Part shown: positions 29,601 through 37,441 of the stretch, piece after piece
Layout of the letters: each line of letters opens with the position of its first letter
Numbering within the stretch: position 1 is the stretch's first letter
Virus record (IMG/VR): IMGVR_UViG_3300042896_000283
Coordinates: 49,095-113,094 of that record
DNA length: 64,000 nucleotides
Strand: one strand, 5' to 3'
From: a virus
The notes under the pieces: model-generated
The model's input: the letters and a program-made list of their open reading frames with translations, nothing else
The model's database searches: none
What the model was told of the DNA's origin: nothing
Translations under genes and position numbers: made by a program

Positions 29601-30722
29601 TGAACTTCCCATTAATTTAGGAAGCTGAGCATATTCTGTCACTCCTAATAATGCTAAATTTCCGAAGAAAGAAGTTTTACCTACACTTTCTGAAATTGTA
29701 TTTATATTATCTAATTCAGCACCTTCAGGACCATTACCAAAATGATCATCTTTATATTTTTGAATTAGATTATTTCTATATTCATTTGATGTTTGTAATG
29801 CTTCAAAAGAAGCTTCACCTGCAGATGAATATGCAGCTATTACTGTTCTTCTGAACTTATCTTGTAATCCAGCTATTTTGTTTGTTGTTTTTGCTATATC
29901 TAAAATAGCAGATTCTCTAGCTGTAAGATCAGCAATAGATGAAATATTCTTTTCAAGAATTGCTGCAGCTTCAATATTTTTACCAGCAGAGAAAGCTCTT
30001 GCTGTATTTTTTAATAGAGGAGTGAATAATTTAAATGATTGAGATGCTTCAGCAGCTATTGCACCTTCTGCTGCAAATCCACCTAATGCTGCACCTGTAG
30101 CACTTAATGCACCTTCAGCTATATTACCAGATACCATTGCTCCAACAGCAAATCCAGAATTCTTAATTAATTTATCAAATAAGAAATTTGTTTTCCACCA
30201 GTTGTCAGGAGAATACCAAGATGCATTTGTTTCTTTATCTGTATAATAGTTTGGTAGATAGTTTTGATCCACTTCATTATTATACTGATCTAGTTTTTGC
30301 ATTACAGGATTATCCCATATATCTGCAAGTCTTCCAGAGAATGGAGATTTTGCTAAACCATATAACATACCGAAACTTCCTGCAACAGTAGTAGCTGCAA
30401 GATTAACTCCTTTTAATATACCATTAGTAGCTTGTGATAGTGCAGACTGTGCATTAGCATTTTGATCTTCTATATCAATTGTATTACTAGAATACATATT
30501 GTATCTTCTATTCTCATACAATTCATTTGCACTAACAGTAGGAAGTAACCCTTTACCTACCATTGGACCTTTGCCAAATATTGGATCTCCATTATCTCTT
30601 CCTGATAAATCTGTATTCAAAGATGTATAATTATCTGGAGCAGGAGTTGATGGACTAGGCAGATTAGGAAGTTTCTGATCTGGGTTTATAAGAATTGGAT
30701 TAAGGTTTTTAAAATCTGGCAT
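17691..30722 (-). CDS. virion-packaged DNA-dependent RNA polymerase polyprotein (crAss-type)
   Basis: 4343 aa; RIPAQ and GSDFDIDKL catalytic motif (DFDID at 21324..21338); HEIGH and HELFH zincin motifs; C-terminal AlkB-like domain. Confidence 0.85.
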   Translation of the reverse strand: MPDFKNLNPILINPDQKLPNLPSPSTPAPDNYTSLNTDLSGRDNGDPIFGKGPMVGKGLLPTVSANELYENRRYNMYSSNTIDIEDQNANAQSALSQATNGILKGVNLAATTVAGSFGMLYGLAKSPFSGRLADIWDNPVMQKLDQYNNEVDQNYLPNYYTDKETNASWYSPDNWWKTNFLFDKLIKNSGFAVGAMVSGNIAEGALSATGAALGGFAAEGAIAAEASQSFKLFTPLLKNTARAFSAGKNIEAAAILEKNISSIADLTARESAILDIAKTTNKIAGLQDKFRRTVIAAYSSAGEASFEALQTSNEYRNNLIQKYKDDHFGNGPEGAELDNINTISESVGKTSFFGNLALLGVTEYAQLPKLMGSSYAAEKQAANSLLGHADDVLLKEGKYVAAEGAATKFGKLYERAAKVSKYAFDPKEAGQEIGQYALQIGTENYFNKGRNGKEASAWTDGFLYGMVGKDEAGKDVGALVSKGGIESGILGGITGGLMQTFGPQGEIAKGKAAKSNTERFIGELNNAPTFQAAFKEKLEAVDRFTTLQEQQRDATIQGDELEARDLNTDMLHTYLAPRIKFGRFDMIMDDVKDLRQAGMSKEGLSDLKEEGLANINDTVESFQKRLNSFENTAKNTEELYKSLNLRYSGTVMQNAEGEPLVNEAGNQIRKYSPLIIDKMVYAAAKIADYDIRIPQVSARLLRADIPVQDVINDELSSDTSVSLAKVLYNVDQQKSDRIDTDLVKQELKDVVELSKRRQQFVNEYNDLKDNPQNYSFTGEKAEVTPEGKKTRTAAPKTDDSQYFGKSRNKFKSDKRKYADIVNQYGEGEKSKYEVLEKIAESPYATTLEKQLALGFLKYTTRDSKIILGDRTLSTPGTSTRGVDANSALSRINYEDTADDYESGSIPVEFILLHEIGHDLTTYALSDTNGQFFKELDPLFKFVQETFKNDPNKYAEAGLIKNGEYYAFKNIYEFATEALSNREFQRYLQTIPYKNTQASTWEAFVNSLKTFFRRLFGTTNENLLNEAIAVITNNIDETYKAVKEKNAALEKEEQAMLVTKNEVDRQQDKAELNSGEIATPIPTETTTSEAVVKEDESFLKTWRNFFISGTSESENVQNRVNAPQHVKNSREFLNNIKNFKNASKIGAMLVTTNNEEALGLKGLTELQFGRPITEVDKVNDIDLGFVAQVFVEKDKSKSYFVDKTGKRLGEVGQPIDVSQAIFQAMPTTELYYTYTDPKTGQRVPRYRQGEKENLASAANGWRQVRAGLFANNTVEHKVYDIDVSRGIAIINKLSDGKYERNQIGGILIPENKISSQPKLLQINTAGFISHKGRNITFKEKGVVVLQYEDVLEILNNSILGKEKANAVYQVIKALALDIREKSTSGKPLDIDVNYLAYLQNVLYLRKGASTSGNQFYIDTNSRSIYLGGVKYPIIDIENKEAEIVKQLTDTHHNINSKTIKDLTSKFYEYTGEKNAEGQLVARYWKNYQSYLLSSKLPDGTTSRSSVNTPLTTKVAAPTPTVPYSFSQKYATLIDFDLPIIKPAPVVQAAKTAPIAPTTPGKIGEYTMDGTTSNIYPFANGPVEFTGTVDADGNVESVDVKVNDTISKAAANKELLKNTIDPYLVNENKFNEEDSDDQRVVRFVGDKLIYELKQIQSTQQVEEAPVVADEAPTTTVEEVSPEITPEEKIDPIDINDTDLPDDNYMRVGVTAQEDVMSENDIQILKDFQAEKLSGVPLEVLEDLVDTYDGEKAFGVFVDGVAKFYKAGPRTVGYHELFHPVYQHFLTADERIDINNEFRNKPGQFTDRASGKKIDYASATDKQIEEKIADDFGEFKVGKLPARSLSELVLRFFRRIINFFKSAKPSLAKDLFKAIDAGKYKEFIISESQKKGAPAYSRIPGITETQAAEYAEDIFSRAANYIFGDNKESIFDLQQITGAEIYNYIKQAYITGNVYQQLGEERFNALFTQGKQLLRTIGVNFNEEDLVDINDENVTSVGYSQEAFTVDHKKTSPFAIKLVAATLPQVVPTNQQNSTSLKLPIREKSSVGGFKLVNFSRVFATLLDKISNTTSIDKVIDKLVDLAGYDATYVRFFQRIGGSYSVDTNGGLSRNIDFGKFKTEDWRLFINFYQTFTKQKPNAVIQYVIGNEVYTAPANQFTITKQVEQDWFSQMRALAKTRNGLVRFNSETKTYQVNTSSELWPEKLPKDPEEMINFLKNLGVTFNMDDYLKLKSTQRDDFGDTVGEIYAYLPQAKDIGTLDGKTLKINKQIAKLAELQVKVTNPNQENTLMGVEGSKKQSYSDNNAPSFFENSFNDSETLEELKISRPELNDVFSKNAITFKEGGLFFNEEGNRFKMIKVSYIDGKKSIDTNKGTSTSKLTKGQRFTQEINQNINGDYYILIPADGATEWMMNLGNHISYEEIVGGRAWDEIFDIFKGYLNDDIALARDWKNRETLKSVGSKAKELRFFKEILEDYAPDQLKELNIMIDDEATSADEFKDYIAKNSKAINDAVAKSIQDIAKGTKDILLKQGEVVSAVKTKTDSENMYKYVGLDSNFAMKSGINKLKMTETQLDNVITFVNANNFINNIEFHKILFGDPYQFKIKDGILDEPKRVKSFLSPRRTTFDSPEFNAFLDSQNKVGDIELTPDDYGYHGNKEYASTVTLKDVELDTIRYEGINEADAFSLITDVAYREVKNKNGQWPEEAEAWHQYEMAFTRKSLSDKGEYKYSSKELKLNDEKTLTEPQPKHVIDIIKPIVSGSQFGENEIKLVLDKTSQMPIYYSAVVGTNLEKLYIKMFKERIDYAIFESGRKLGIEKTHSLYNQDGTFNDTPFDRYTKVLVPWSINGIQLETSYEGGGEQTRGSQPTKIVTLDMFDNGEETIEGAKEAFDNYNQALKDLDDNAYTQLLSSFGVEDLGMGQFELIDPSIISKTLEHELFRRQLSNNAKDTILLDENGEFRIPFEASPAYKQIKDVVYSMVNKSLVSPKMSGGGYVQAPVTGWENSKQGRGIAIKEKDGYRKLSIAEYEALPADQKSKVVLTSDRLHFPTKEDPYMEVLIPNWFKKSLKGKFANDADLIRELNKPENQGILKGIAFRIPAQAMSSMAAIRVAGFLPDFMGKTVIVPSEITSQAGSDFDIDKLNMYLKSVYVDESGRLHAVDYKESEKATKEFYGGVYDNTIKNSIEKIANSDQFRKDLLDFFENTKPISKAVALQQQDFYNRNEDLINEITYQADDLEMLPSEYMTSQIESLSEKTKKLDSKLLNKEMRDKYVNNMYKKALENRYFDAFEKLITLEGNYENLITPIGDAGLKDISKELDDIRKDDETSIKNRMVNRNYLTTLRHAFLTGKRWVGIVAVNITGHALAQRMKLVMDIDAVADKLTYDERAILGDRKVKLPHNEIDGEVSLSGTNTAIPNAKGSLEKISNRLSGYATAVVDIAKDPFIMKIIKSDAAIGTFMFLERIGVGQNTIWFMNQPIISEYLDMLENKGTSFLYNPSNINEVRAKFGLLKVGARGTEKESFDVDSLEANIETYANNKNKMSTKQENEQQGAILKEFLKYSKMAEYSFKFTQATNYDTTKFKNSDTFHKKTTRTDIARNKNIFSSVDKLLDSSSIGNQKRLIDFAMKSVGSFIKLEQEQFVDITNEVLRSFEEQEFMKDDDFSKVASKAKASFLDFIVQIKSGLNTEILALTTGDNSIAEQLAKAKVKYPNMRLLQDLVPEASKKNDGTQTIKLKVNLKEAYDENLYVEMMRELRELDPELYNNIVKVALLQGTYQSSISINNIVPIEDYAKKIKPIIDTLVDDADVEYFTKGMFQKNNWKDETIVPTTTPRFYFERDENFDPIVEYVGEDPYGNDVYKYKVSPFLEGFDGPTMQERRLVLTLSPIYDARNGANSDFVKVPKVITNKIGENINIVTGQTISSQAMRAVRLGGDTSLTDVFGYQKVKYSNGTPVTTIKGDYVYKLVNLLGDGNLVSEYYLDGRKSVLNNGTVKIENEIPDSVIIDYFGGDITEEIVSLQTEEEIVAPTQMIGKPKGVEIKEGIYVNQEALSKDEQLELFDYLKPFLEEQAAKTNKGEAASKMIGLGLRWDYKSNNPGKQAMNIPDVINPGNKTKYGYYDNSINNQPLAPITARFRELMQKATGVDMTNYDGAIINLYEPNSFISSHNDVDESRSAIGYPVIGINIGGTGNFSIESRDGAPKQLNLKAGAGYVFGVDGVNREVYHRTFAKPQDSFLPELTTKLDGKAYEPGSYRVTVTMRRVMPLEPGMPSKPAITSTQTKVEQIKPGEQLDLFRTTETFDTIEDFTPERKEEILQNFADKHKMTTEEAKDYINKAIAENKEEVINKLKDCY

Positions 30723-30737
30723 AATTATTTATTATAA

Positions 30738-33332
30738 TTAGTAGTCTAATGTAGAGAAATCAAATTTTGGGTAAGCTTGTTTAAGTGCTGTAAGTAACAC
30801 TTGATCATTTAAAGCATTTAAGTTTTGAACTCCTTGCTCATATCCAACTCTAGAAAGTTTATTACTTCCTGAAAGTTCGAAAGAAGTATACTTACCTTGT
30901 TTATTTTTAACAAATACTGTTGGAATATATAAATCAGGATTAGATCTATCTTGTTTTAAATTAGCAGTAACTTGTAAATGTTGTATTCCAGGAAAATCTC
31001 CAAACTGTTTTTGCATCACTGCTTCTTGAGCAACGTTACCTTTTGTTATATCAGTATTACCTCTTCCTATTGCTACTCTAGCAGATGCTTGAGCATTAGT
31101 ATTTACATATTTATCTCCTAAGTATCCAGCAACTTGAGCACCACTAACTTTTAATCTTTGTGGTTCACTTGGATTAGCTGAATTTCTTATTTCTATTTCA
31201 TAACTATCTCCATCTTGCTTAACAAGTACATTTGTATTCTTCATAAGTTTTTCATCTGTAACATAACTGGATGCTGTTTCAAAATCCCAATTTGAATCAG
31301 TCTTAAGTCCTTGTTCTTGTTCTGCAATAATTAATGCACTAAGTCCTTTCATTGCAATTGGTGGAACTTCTCCTTTAGAGTTAGCTACAGCTTTTATACG
31401 TGGAACAAATGCATTTGCAGATTTTCCTAACTTTTGCATATATATTTCATCTGCTTTACTGTAAGCTTCTTTTACTTTATTTGCAGCAGGTTTAAAACTA
31501 GTTAAAAATCCTCGTATTGTCTCTCTAGTTGCATTATCAGTTTTAGATAAATGACTCATTGCTTCACGAACAAATCTTCTTTGATTTTGATTTAATGATT
31601 TTTCATCAACATAAGATTGCTCTGTAGTTAATTCTCCTGATGGAACAGTTTGCGTTTTAATTGCATTATTTATTCCAACCATCTCTCTAGGAGTCAATGT
31701 TATTCTTTCTCCAGCTTTTGTTGAAAAAGATATATTACCTCTTCCTTTTGTAGCTGCATTAATTACTTCTTCTACACCTGCTTCTTTTTCTGAATCAGCT
31801 CTTGTTTTTGTTTCAAACCTATGTAGTTGATTAATATAGTTTTGATTCTTTGCAATGTTCATTACTGAATTAATGGCATCTGCAGGTATATTAGCTTTTG
31901 ATGGTACACCTTGTGCATTTTTCCAACTAGATAACATTCCATTAATTTCTTGTTCAGTATAACCTCCTGCAACTAATGTTGATCTATCTGATTTAATTGC
32001 ATTATCAACAGATGTAACATGATTAGAAAATAATTCAGCACCTCTATTTTCATTATCTGTTGGGTTTCCTAAATCAGTCCAAGGAGCATCTACACCATAA
32101 AGCTCAGCTTTCTTCATTGCATTCTCTTCAGCTTTTAATTGGATCTCTTGTTTCTTAAGTCCTAATTCAGTTTGTTTGAATTGTGTGTTAACACCGAACT
32201 CATATTTATCTTGTTGAAACTTAGCTTGATTAAGTTTCATAGTAGCTACCCAATTCTCTTGTTCTTTATATGGATTAGTAACTGCTTCTTCTTCTTTAGA
32301 ACTCCATTTAAAAGCATTTGCAAACTCTTTAACAAATCCATCTTTATATATGTTATACTTCACCTCATCAGGATTAGTCCTAGCTTGTTTAACATTATTA
32401 TAAAAGTTTTCATCAAGTTTACCCACTTTACCATCAACACCTAATAATTCTTTATATTGATCAATTTCATTTTCAATATCATTTAATTTAGTAGGATCTG
32501 TAGTGATAGCTTTTTGAACTTGTAATTTATCTAATTCACCAATTGCTTGTTGTCTATGTACATCATAATCTTGCTTAGCTTTTTGCGCAAGTTGTTCAGG
32601 TCCTGCTCCTCTAAATTCATATTTAGAATCAATTCTTAATTGATTTAAATCATCTGGAGTCATTGTTGCAGCTAAAGCTTCAGCAATTTTTGTTTCACTA
32701 ACTCCTTCAATTTTATATCTCTTCATTGCATCTGCATAAAATCTAGCATCCATTTTACCATTAGCATCCACTTTAAAAGGAATATCATATTTTTGAAGAT
32801 CTGGATGTAAAGCTTTGATTGTATCCATAGCTTTTTTCTTTACATCTGTATATGGTGTATATCTATCTCTGAAAGAATCCTCTAGCTTATTTGAGTTTAA
32901 CCATCTAGATGCTTTCTCATTAAAATCATATATATTAGATTGAGATGACTTTCCATCAGCTATAGACTTTTCCATCTCTGCAGCTTGTTTTCTATACCAA
33001 GCAGCAGATGATACAGCATTCTGCACATTAGGATCTCCTACAATTTGTTTAGTCATTCCATTAACAGAGTTAGTCAATTGGAAATCTGAAAAATCTCCAG
33101 CTGCTACAAATGTTAAGTCATCACCTAACGCATTAAGTTTAGATTGTAAATAGTTTTTATCTACCCCTCGCATAACATCAAGACCAGCAACATTATCAAT
33201 ACTTGCTTGTATCTTTTTGACACCTTCATCATACTGTTGTTGCTTTTGCATACCTACTTTAACCATTGCCTCTACAGGTAATTGTTGTACGTAAGGATTA
33301 AAAGTTGGGGTTTTATCTGTCCATGAGGCCAT
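30738..33332 (-). CDS. virion cargo/ejection protein
   Basis: 864 aa, helical; immediately upstream of the vRNAP as in crAss-like phages. Confidence 0.6.
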   Translation of the reverse strand: MASWTDKTPTFNPYVQQLPVEAMVKVGMQKQQQYDEGVKKIQASIDNVAGLDVMRGVDKNYLQSKLNALGDDLTFVAAGDFSDFQLTNSVNGMTKQIVGDPNVQNAVSSAAWYRKQAAEMEKSIADGKSSQSNIYDFNEKASRWLNSNKLEDSFRDRYTPYTDVKKKAMDTIKALHPDLQKYDIPFKVDANGKMDARFYADAMKRYKIEGVSETKIAEALAATMTPDDLNQLRIDSKYEFRGAGPEQLAQKAKQDYDVHRQQAIGELDKLQVQKAITTDPTKLNDIENEIDQYKELLGVDGKVGKLDENFYNNVKQARTNPDEVKYNIYKDGFVKEFANAFKWSSKEEEAVTNPYKEQENWVATMKLNQAKFQQDKYEFGVNTQFKQTELGLKKQEIQLKAEENAMKKAELYGVDAPWTDLGNPTDNENRGAELFSNHVTSVDNAIKSDRSTLVAGGYTEQEINGMLSSWKNAQGVPSKANIPADAINSVMNIAKNQNYINQLHRFETKTRADSEKEAGVEEVINAATKGRGNISFSTKAGERITLTPREMVGINNAIKTQTVPSGELTTEQSYVDEKSLNQNQRRFVREAMSHLSKTDNATRETIRGFLTSFKPAANKVKEAYSKADEIYMQKLGKSANAFVPRIKAVANSKGEVPPIAMKGLSALIIAEQEQGLKTDSNWDFETASSYVTDEKLMKNTNVLVKQDGDSYEIEIRNSANPSEPQRLKVSGAQVAGYLGDKYVNTNAQASARVAIGRGNTDITKGNVAQEAVMQKQFGDFPGIQHLQVTANLKQDRSNPDLYIPTVFVKNKQGKYTSFELSGSNKLSRVGYEQGVQNLNALNDQVLLTALKQAYPKFDFSTLDY

Positions 33333-33372
33333 AGTCTTTATTTTTATTTATGTACAGTGTACATAGGATTAA

Positions 33373-33451
33373 CAAATGTAATATGAATTATTAGAACTAC
33401 CAAAATTAATAATCAATTCTGGTAATTCTTTATAATTAAATTAGTTATAAA
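33373..33451 (-). promoter_or_regulatory. promoter (-7 TACATTTG, -33 TTTG) with upstream 30-bp palindromic box
   Basis: -7 at 33373..33380, CAAA at 33401..33404, box 33422..33451 is 28/30 identical to 48334..48363. Confidence 0.65.
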
Positions 33452-36400
33452 TTTTTAAATTCTTTAACTATTCCACCATTTCTTTCTACTGGAACATTTT
33501 TAATATCTTTTTTAACTTTTGATTCATAAGCATTTGAAATAGCTTTTGCTTTTTCATACTCAGATAGATCTGTAGACTTACCTGTAGGAGATCCAGCTCC
33601 TGTTACTGTTGTATCAAACTGTGCAAGAGGATTTTCATTAATAGCTTTGAAATCTTTATTGAATCTGTAGTTATACATATTCTCATATGTTTGTAATGTT
33701 CTATTCTCTAATTTGTTTTTAGCAAACTTATCTGATATAGAACTTAATGCAGCTTGTGTTGTAGCTTTAGTATTTGACTTAGCTTGTGCTTGTCTTTCAT
33801 ATTGCTTATCATAGATTGCTAAGTTTTGAAGTTTAGCTTGATTAAGGAGTTGTCTATTCTGATCATACACTTTATCTTTCTCAGCTTGGTTTAATCTAAA
33901 CTGTTCTCCTAGCACTTTTGAGTTAGCAGCATATTTCTGTGCAGCTAAGTTAGCTTGAGCAGCAGGATTGTATCCAGTCATTTTTTGTATAGATCTAAAG
34001 TCAGCTTGGTTAGCATTCAATTGATCCTGTAATGATATATCATATGGTGTACCAAGTTCAGGTTGAAATCCTTGTGCTTGTACAGGTTCTAATTGATTAT
34101 TAGCTAAAGCATAATATTCACCAGTTAATTGATTAGGATCTAGTTGTTCAGTATCCTTTGTTCTAAGATAAGGAATAGCTTGATTGACTATATCCATCCA
34201 TAATTTTCTTTTGTTTGGTTCTACAGGAGTTAATGGTGTAGCAGTAGTTGATATACCTGTTGTTGTATCAGCAGGAATTTCTGCAGCTTTTGGTAATAAT
34301 AATTCATTTGCTGCCCAACCATAACCAAAATGTTCTGGATCAATGAAAGGATCTTTACCATATAAGTTTTGATGTCTAGCTTTAATTAAAGGTGCACTCT
34401 CTTTATTCTGTAAAAGAAACTCTTGAAACTCTTTATTTCCTTTTCCTTTAAATCCTAATTTATCTGCAACCTCATCCCATTGTTTTGTGGAAAATCCAGA
34501 AGCAGTAGCTTTACCATATTTATTTCCTTTTTGTACATTACCTTGCCAAGGAGTGATACCATATTTACTTGAATAACCATCTTGTGCAATTGGAATCTTT
34601 GTTCCATTTTTAGCTTGCATAATACTTGCTCCTAGTCTTGCTTTTCTAGAACCATCTTTCTTAAGAGGTTTAACTTCACCTTTTTTAGCTAAGTGATCAG
34701 CATCTACACCTTGTTCTTCAGCTGTTTCATTTATAGTACTTTGTAATGCTACTAAGTTTTCTTTTTCTCCAGCATAATTTTTTAACTTATCAATACCTGA
34801 TTGTTTCATTAAGTTAAATGAATTGTCTTTAATTTTATCTATTTGTGTTTTTGGTTTAGATGTGTTTATATTTTTTATAGCACTCTCAACAACATTAGTT
34901 GCTTTAACTTCACCTTTAGATATTTTCTTAGCAATATTTTTAAACTTCTGTCCATTGTATTTATTTATAAGATCTGAAACTTCTTCATCCTCTATATGAC
35001 CAATACTATTTTTATTAAGTTCAAGATTACCTAGAATATTCAAATGTTTTTGTCCAGTTTTACGGTCAATTGATTCCCATCCTGGTTCACCTTGTTCTAC
35101 TTCAACATCTGTACTTCCAATATCTGCACCTTCTTCTGCATATTGATTTGCTTGACCACCATCACCATATTTAACACCAATTCCACTATTACCTTTACCA
35201 TCAGTTTCACTATGTTTTTGTCCATAGAAGTTTACTGTTTCTCCTGTACCATCCATAAATGGATTATATGAAATAGGTTTAGCTACTCCACCCCATGTTG
35301 TTTTCAATGAACCACCTAATGCCATTGTCTCTAAAGCTCTTGGACTTGGTTGTTCATAATCACCTACAAGATGGCCACCAGATCTAAACTCATCTTTATG
35401 TGCATAGTCAGCAAAGTCTTGTGCATTATGATCACCAAACATAGCAATTAATTGTGGATTATATTCTGGATTTAAATAACCACCCTCTTCATAAGAATAT
35501 ACATCTCCACCATTTTTTCTATTACCACCATACATTTGCCCTAATGATTTACCCATTATATTAGCTTGTATACCTGCCATTTTTTGTTGATTAGCTCTAT
35601 CATAATCTCTTCCAATTGATGTAGTCATGTCAAGTCCTGCTCCAATACCTGCACCAAGTATTGATCCAATTCCTGATTTATCACCTAATGCTTCACCAGT
35701 AAAACTTCCAATTCCAGCTCCAATTTTACCACCACCACTACTTGCACCACCACTTGCTATACCTTCTCCAGCACTAGTAAGATCAAATCCAAATTGTGCT
35801 CTAGAAACAAATCCTCCTGATCTATATTGTTTAACTATATCTTCGTCACTTATATCAGAGTCACCTAATGGTTCATATCCAAGATCATCATATAAAGAAT
35901 TACCATTACCATAAGTATTTTGAATCTCTGTAGCATTACCACCAATAGATGTTCCATTTTTAGCAGCAAGTACATTTGACCCAACACCTTGAGTTGGAAA
36001 ACGAGTATTAGCATCAGTTACATTTGCCCAAGGAGTATCATATTTATGTTCTTCTAAATTAGGTCTTTGTGTAAGTGCTATATTTTCTAAATCAAGAAGT
36101 CGTCCTGTTTGTTTTTTATATCTATTAGCTTCTGTAGCTGCATTAATATCTGCTATTCCCCCAATAACACTTCCTAATAAAGGAATACCTTTAACAGGAT
36201 TCATTTGAGGTGTAACATTTTTTTGTTGATTTGTACTATCTTGAATTCTTTGTAACTCACCTTCACCACTAATCTGTTTTTGATTAGCATATTCTTGTGT
36301 AGGAATACCAGGAGTTTTAAACATACTACCATTCCATGTAGGAGCTTGAGTAGTAGTAGGTGCAGTAGTCTTACCAAGTGTTTGTGGATTAATACCAAAT

Positions 36401-36642
36401 TTATTAATATCAAATGCTATTGGTGAAAGTGTTGTTGTATCTGTAGTAGTAGCTATAGCATCTTGATACCAATCAGGTGTATCTAATCCTTGTAAACTTT
36501 GTTCAAAAGGAATAGCTGCACCAATTTGAGCTTTTTTAAAAGCTTTGCGATGTTTACTCATAAATGCTTCCTCTGAAGGATATTTTTTATAAAACTCCTT
36601 TTCAGATTTTACTCCTGCTATTTTTAAAATTTGTGCTTTCAT
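33445..36642 (-). CDS. virion cargo protein with repeated xxxGG motifs
   Basis: 1065 aa; Gly-rich hydrophobic segments, EVEQGE motif, repeated AQxG/AKNG/xRSGG, Q/A-rich C-terminus. Confidence 0.6.
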   Translation of the reverse strand: MKAQILKIAGVKSEKEFYKKYPSEEAFMSKHRKAFKKAQIGAAIPFEQSLQGLDTPDWYQDAIATTTDTTTLSPIAFDINKFGINPQTLGKTTAPTTTQAPTWNGSMFKTPGIPTQEYANQKQISGEGELQRIQDSTNQQKNVTPQMNPVKGIPLLGSVIGGIADINAATEANRYKKQTGRLLDLENIALTQRPNLEEHKYDTPWANVTDANTRFPTQGVGSNVLAAKNGTSIGGNATEIQNTYGNGNSLYDDLGYEPLGDSDISDEDIVKQYRSGGFVSRAQFGFDLTSAGEGIASGGASSGGGKIGAGIGSFTGEALGDKSGIGSILGAGIGAGLDMTTSIGRDYDRANQQKMAGIQANIMGKSLGQMYGGNRKNGGDVYSYEEGGYLNPEYNPQLIAMFGDHNAQDFADYAHKDEFRSGGHLVGDYEQPSPRALETMALGGSLKTTWGGVAKPISYNPFMDGTGETVNFYGQKHSETDGKGNSGIGVKYGDGGQANQYAEEGADIGSTDVEVEQGEPGWESIDRKTGQKHLNILGNLELNKNSIGHIEDEEVSDLINKYNGQKFKNIAKKISKGEVKATNVVESAIKNINTSKPKTQIDKIKDNSFNLMKQSGIDKLKNYAGEKENLVALQSTINETAEEQGVDADHLAKKGEVKPLKKDGSRKARLGASIMQAKNGTKIPIAQDGYSSKYGITPWQGNVQKGNKYGKATASGFSTKQWDEVADKLGFKGKGNKEFQEFLLQNKESAPLIKARHQNLYGKDPFIDPEHFGYGWAANELLLPKAAEIPADTTTGISTTATPLTPVEPNKRKLWMDIVNQAIPYLRTKDTEQLDPNQLTGEYYALANNQLEPVQAQGFQPELGTPYDISLQDQLNANQADFRSIQKMTGYNPAAQANLAAQKYAANSKVLGEQFRLNQAEKDKVYDQNRQLLNQAKLQNLAIYDKQYERQAQAKSNTKATTQAALSSISDKFAKNKLENRTLQTYENMYNYRFNKDFKAINENPLAQFDTTVTGAGSPTGKSTDLSEYEKAKAISNAYESKVKKDIKNVPVERNGGIVKEFKNL

Positions 36643-36643
36643 A

Positions 36644-37441
36644 TTAATTGTATTTGTTTAGCCAGCCTCCTGGTTGTGGTTTATTGTAATTGGTAAAGTT
36701 AGTTAGATTATCTAGATTCTGCAAACTCTTCTGTTCTTGTCTTATTCCATTCTGAGCCATAGGATATTCAGTAAATTTTGTTGCTCCTGGAAATTCATGA
36801 TTTCCTGTATTAGCATAAACTACTCTAGGTTCTCCTACATCTGGAACTACATACAATGTATCTTTATATCCATCAGTACCCATAGTACTTCCTTTTATTT
36901 CTACAACTTTACCTCTATTATCAGGATTTCTATATCCATCTTGATCACCTTTAACTATTTCTCCATCTTCATATTTAGATAACCAAGATCCATTCTTACT
37001 AATACTCTTAGGTTGATAATCTAATCCATTCTGATAGTATTGCATCTCTTTACCATTCTGTGCACTAGCCATTGTTTTCTTTGCATACTTCCCATTACTA
37101 GGAGCAGCTCCTTGTGTACGTGCATATGAAAAACCTACAGCTCCTGGAATAGAACTACCCATCTGTGCTTGAGGAACATAATTAACTGGATAAACAGATC
37201 CACCCATTTGAAACTGTCCTCCCCATGCAGGAGAATAGTTTCTACCTACATTAGAGAATCCATCTCCTTCAAATCCTTCAGGAGCAGAAGCTTGTGAATC
37301 ATTATAATTATCTAACCAACCACCATTCTTCATGTTGTTGCTATTGTCTCTACCACACTCATGACATATGTACATATCCTTCTTACTAGAATCAGATTTG
37401 TCCCATGACCATCCACATGTGCATTTTACTTTACTATTCAT
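36644..37441 (-). CDS. low-complexity virion cargo protein
   Basis: N-terminal CxC...CxxC; repeated AQNG/FQMGG and G(G/S)WLxxY motifs. Confidence 0.55.
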   Translation of the reverse strand: MNSKVKCTCGWSWDKSDSSKKDMYICHECGRDNSNNMKNGGWLDNYNDSQASAPEGFEGDGFSNVGRNYSPAWGGQFQMGGSVYPVNYVPQAQMGSSIPGAVGFSYARTQGAAPSNGKYAKKTMASAQNGKEMQYYQNGLDYQPKSISKNGSWLSKYEDGEIVKGDQDGYRNPDNRGKVVEIKGSTMGTDGYKDTLYVVPDVGEPRVVYANTGNHEFPGATKFTEYPMAQNGIRQEQKSLQNLDNLTNFTNYNKPQPGGWLNKYN

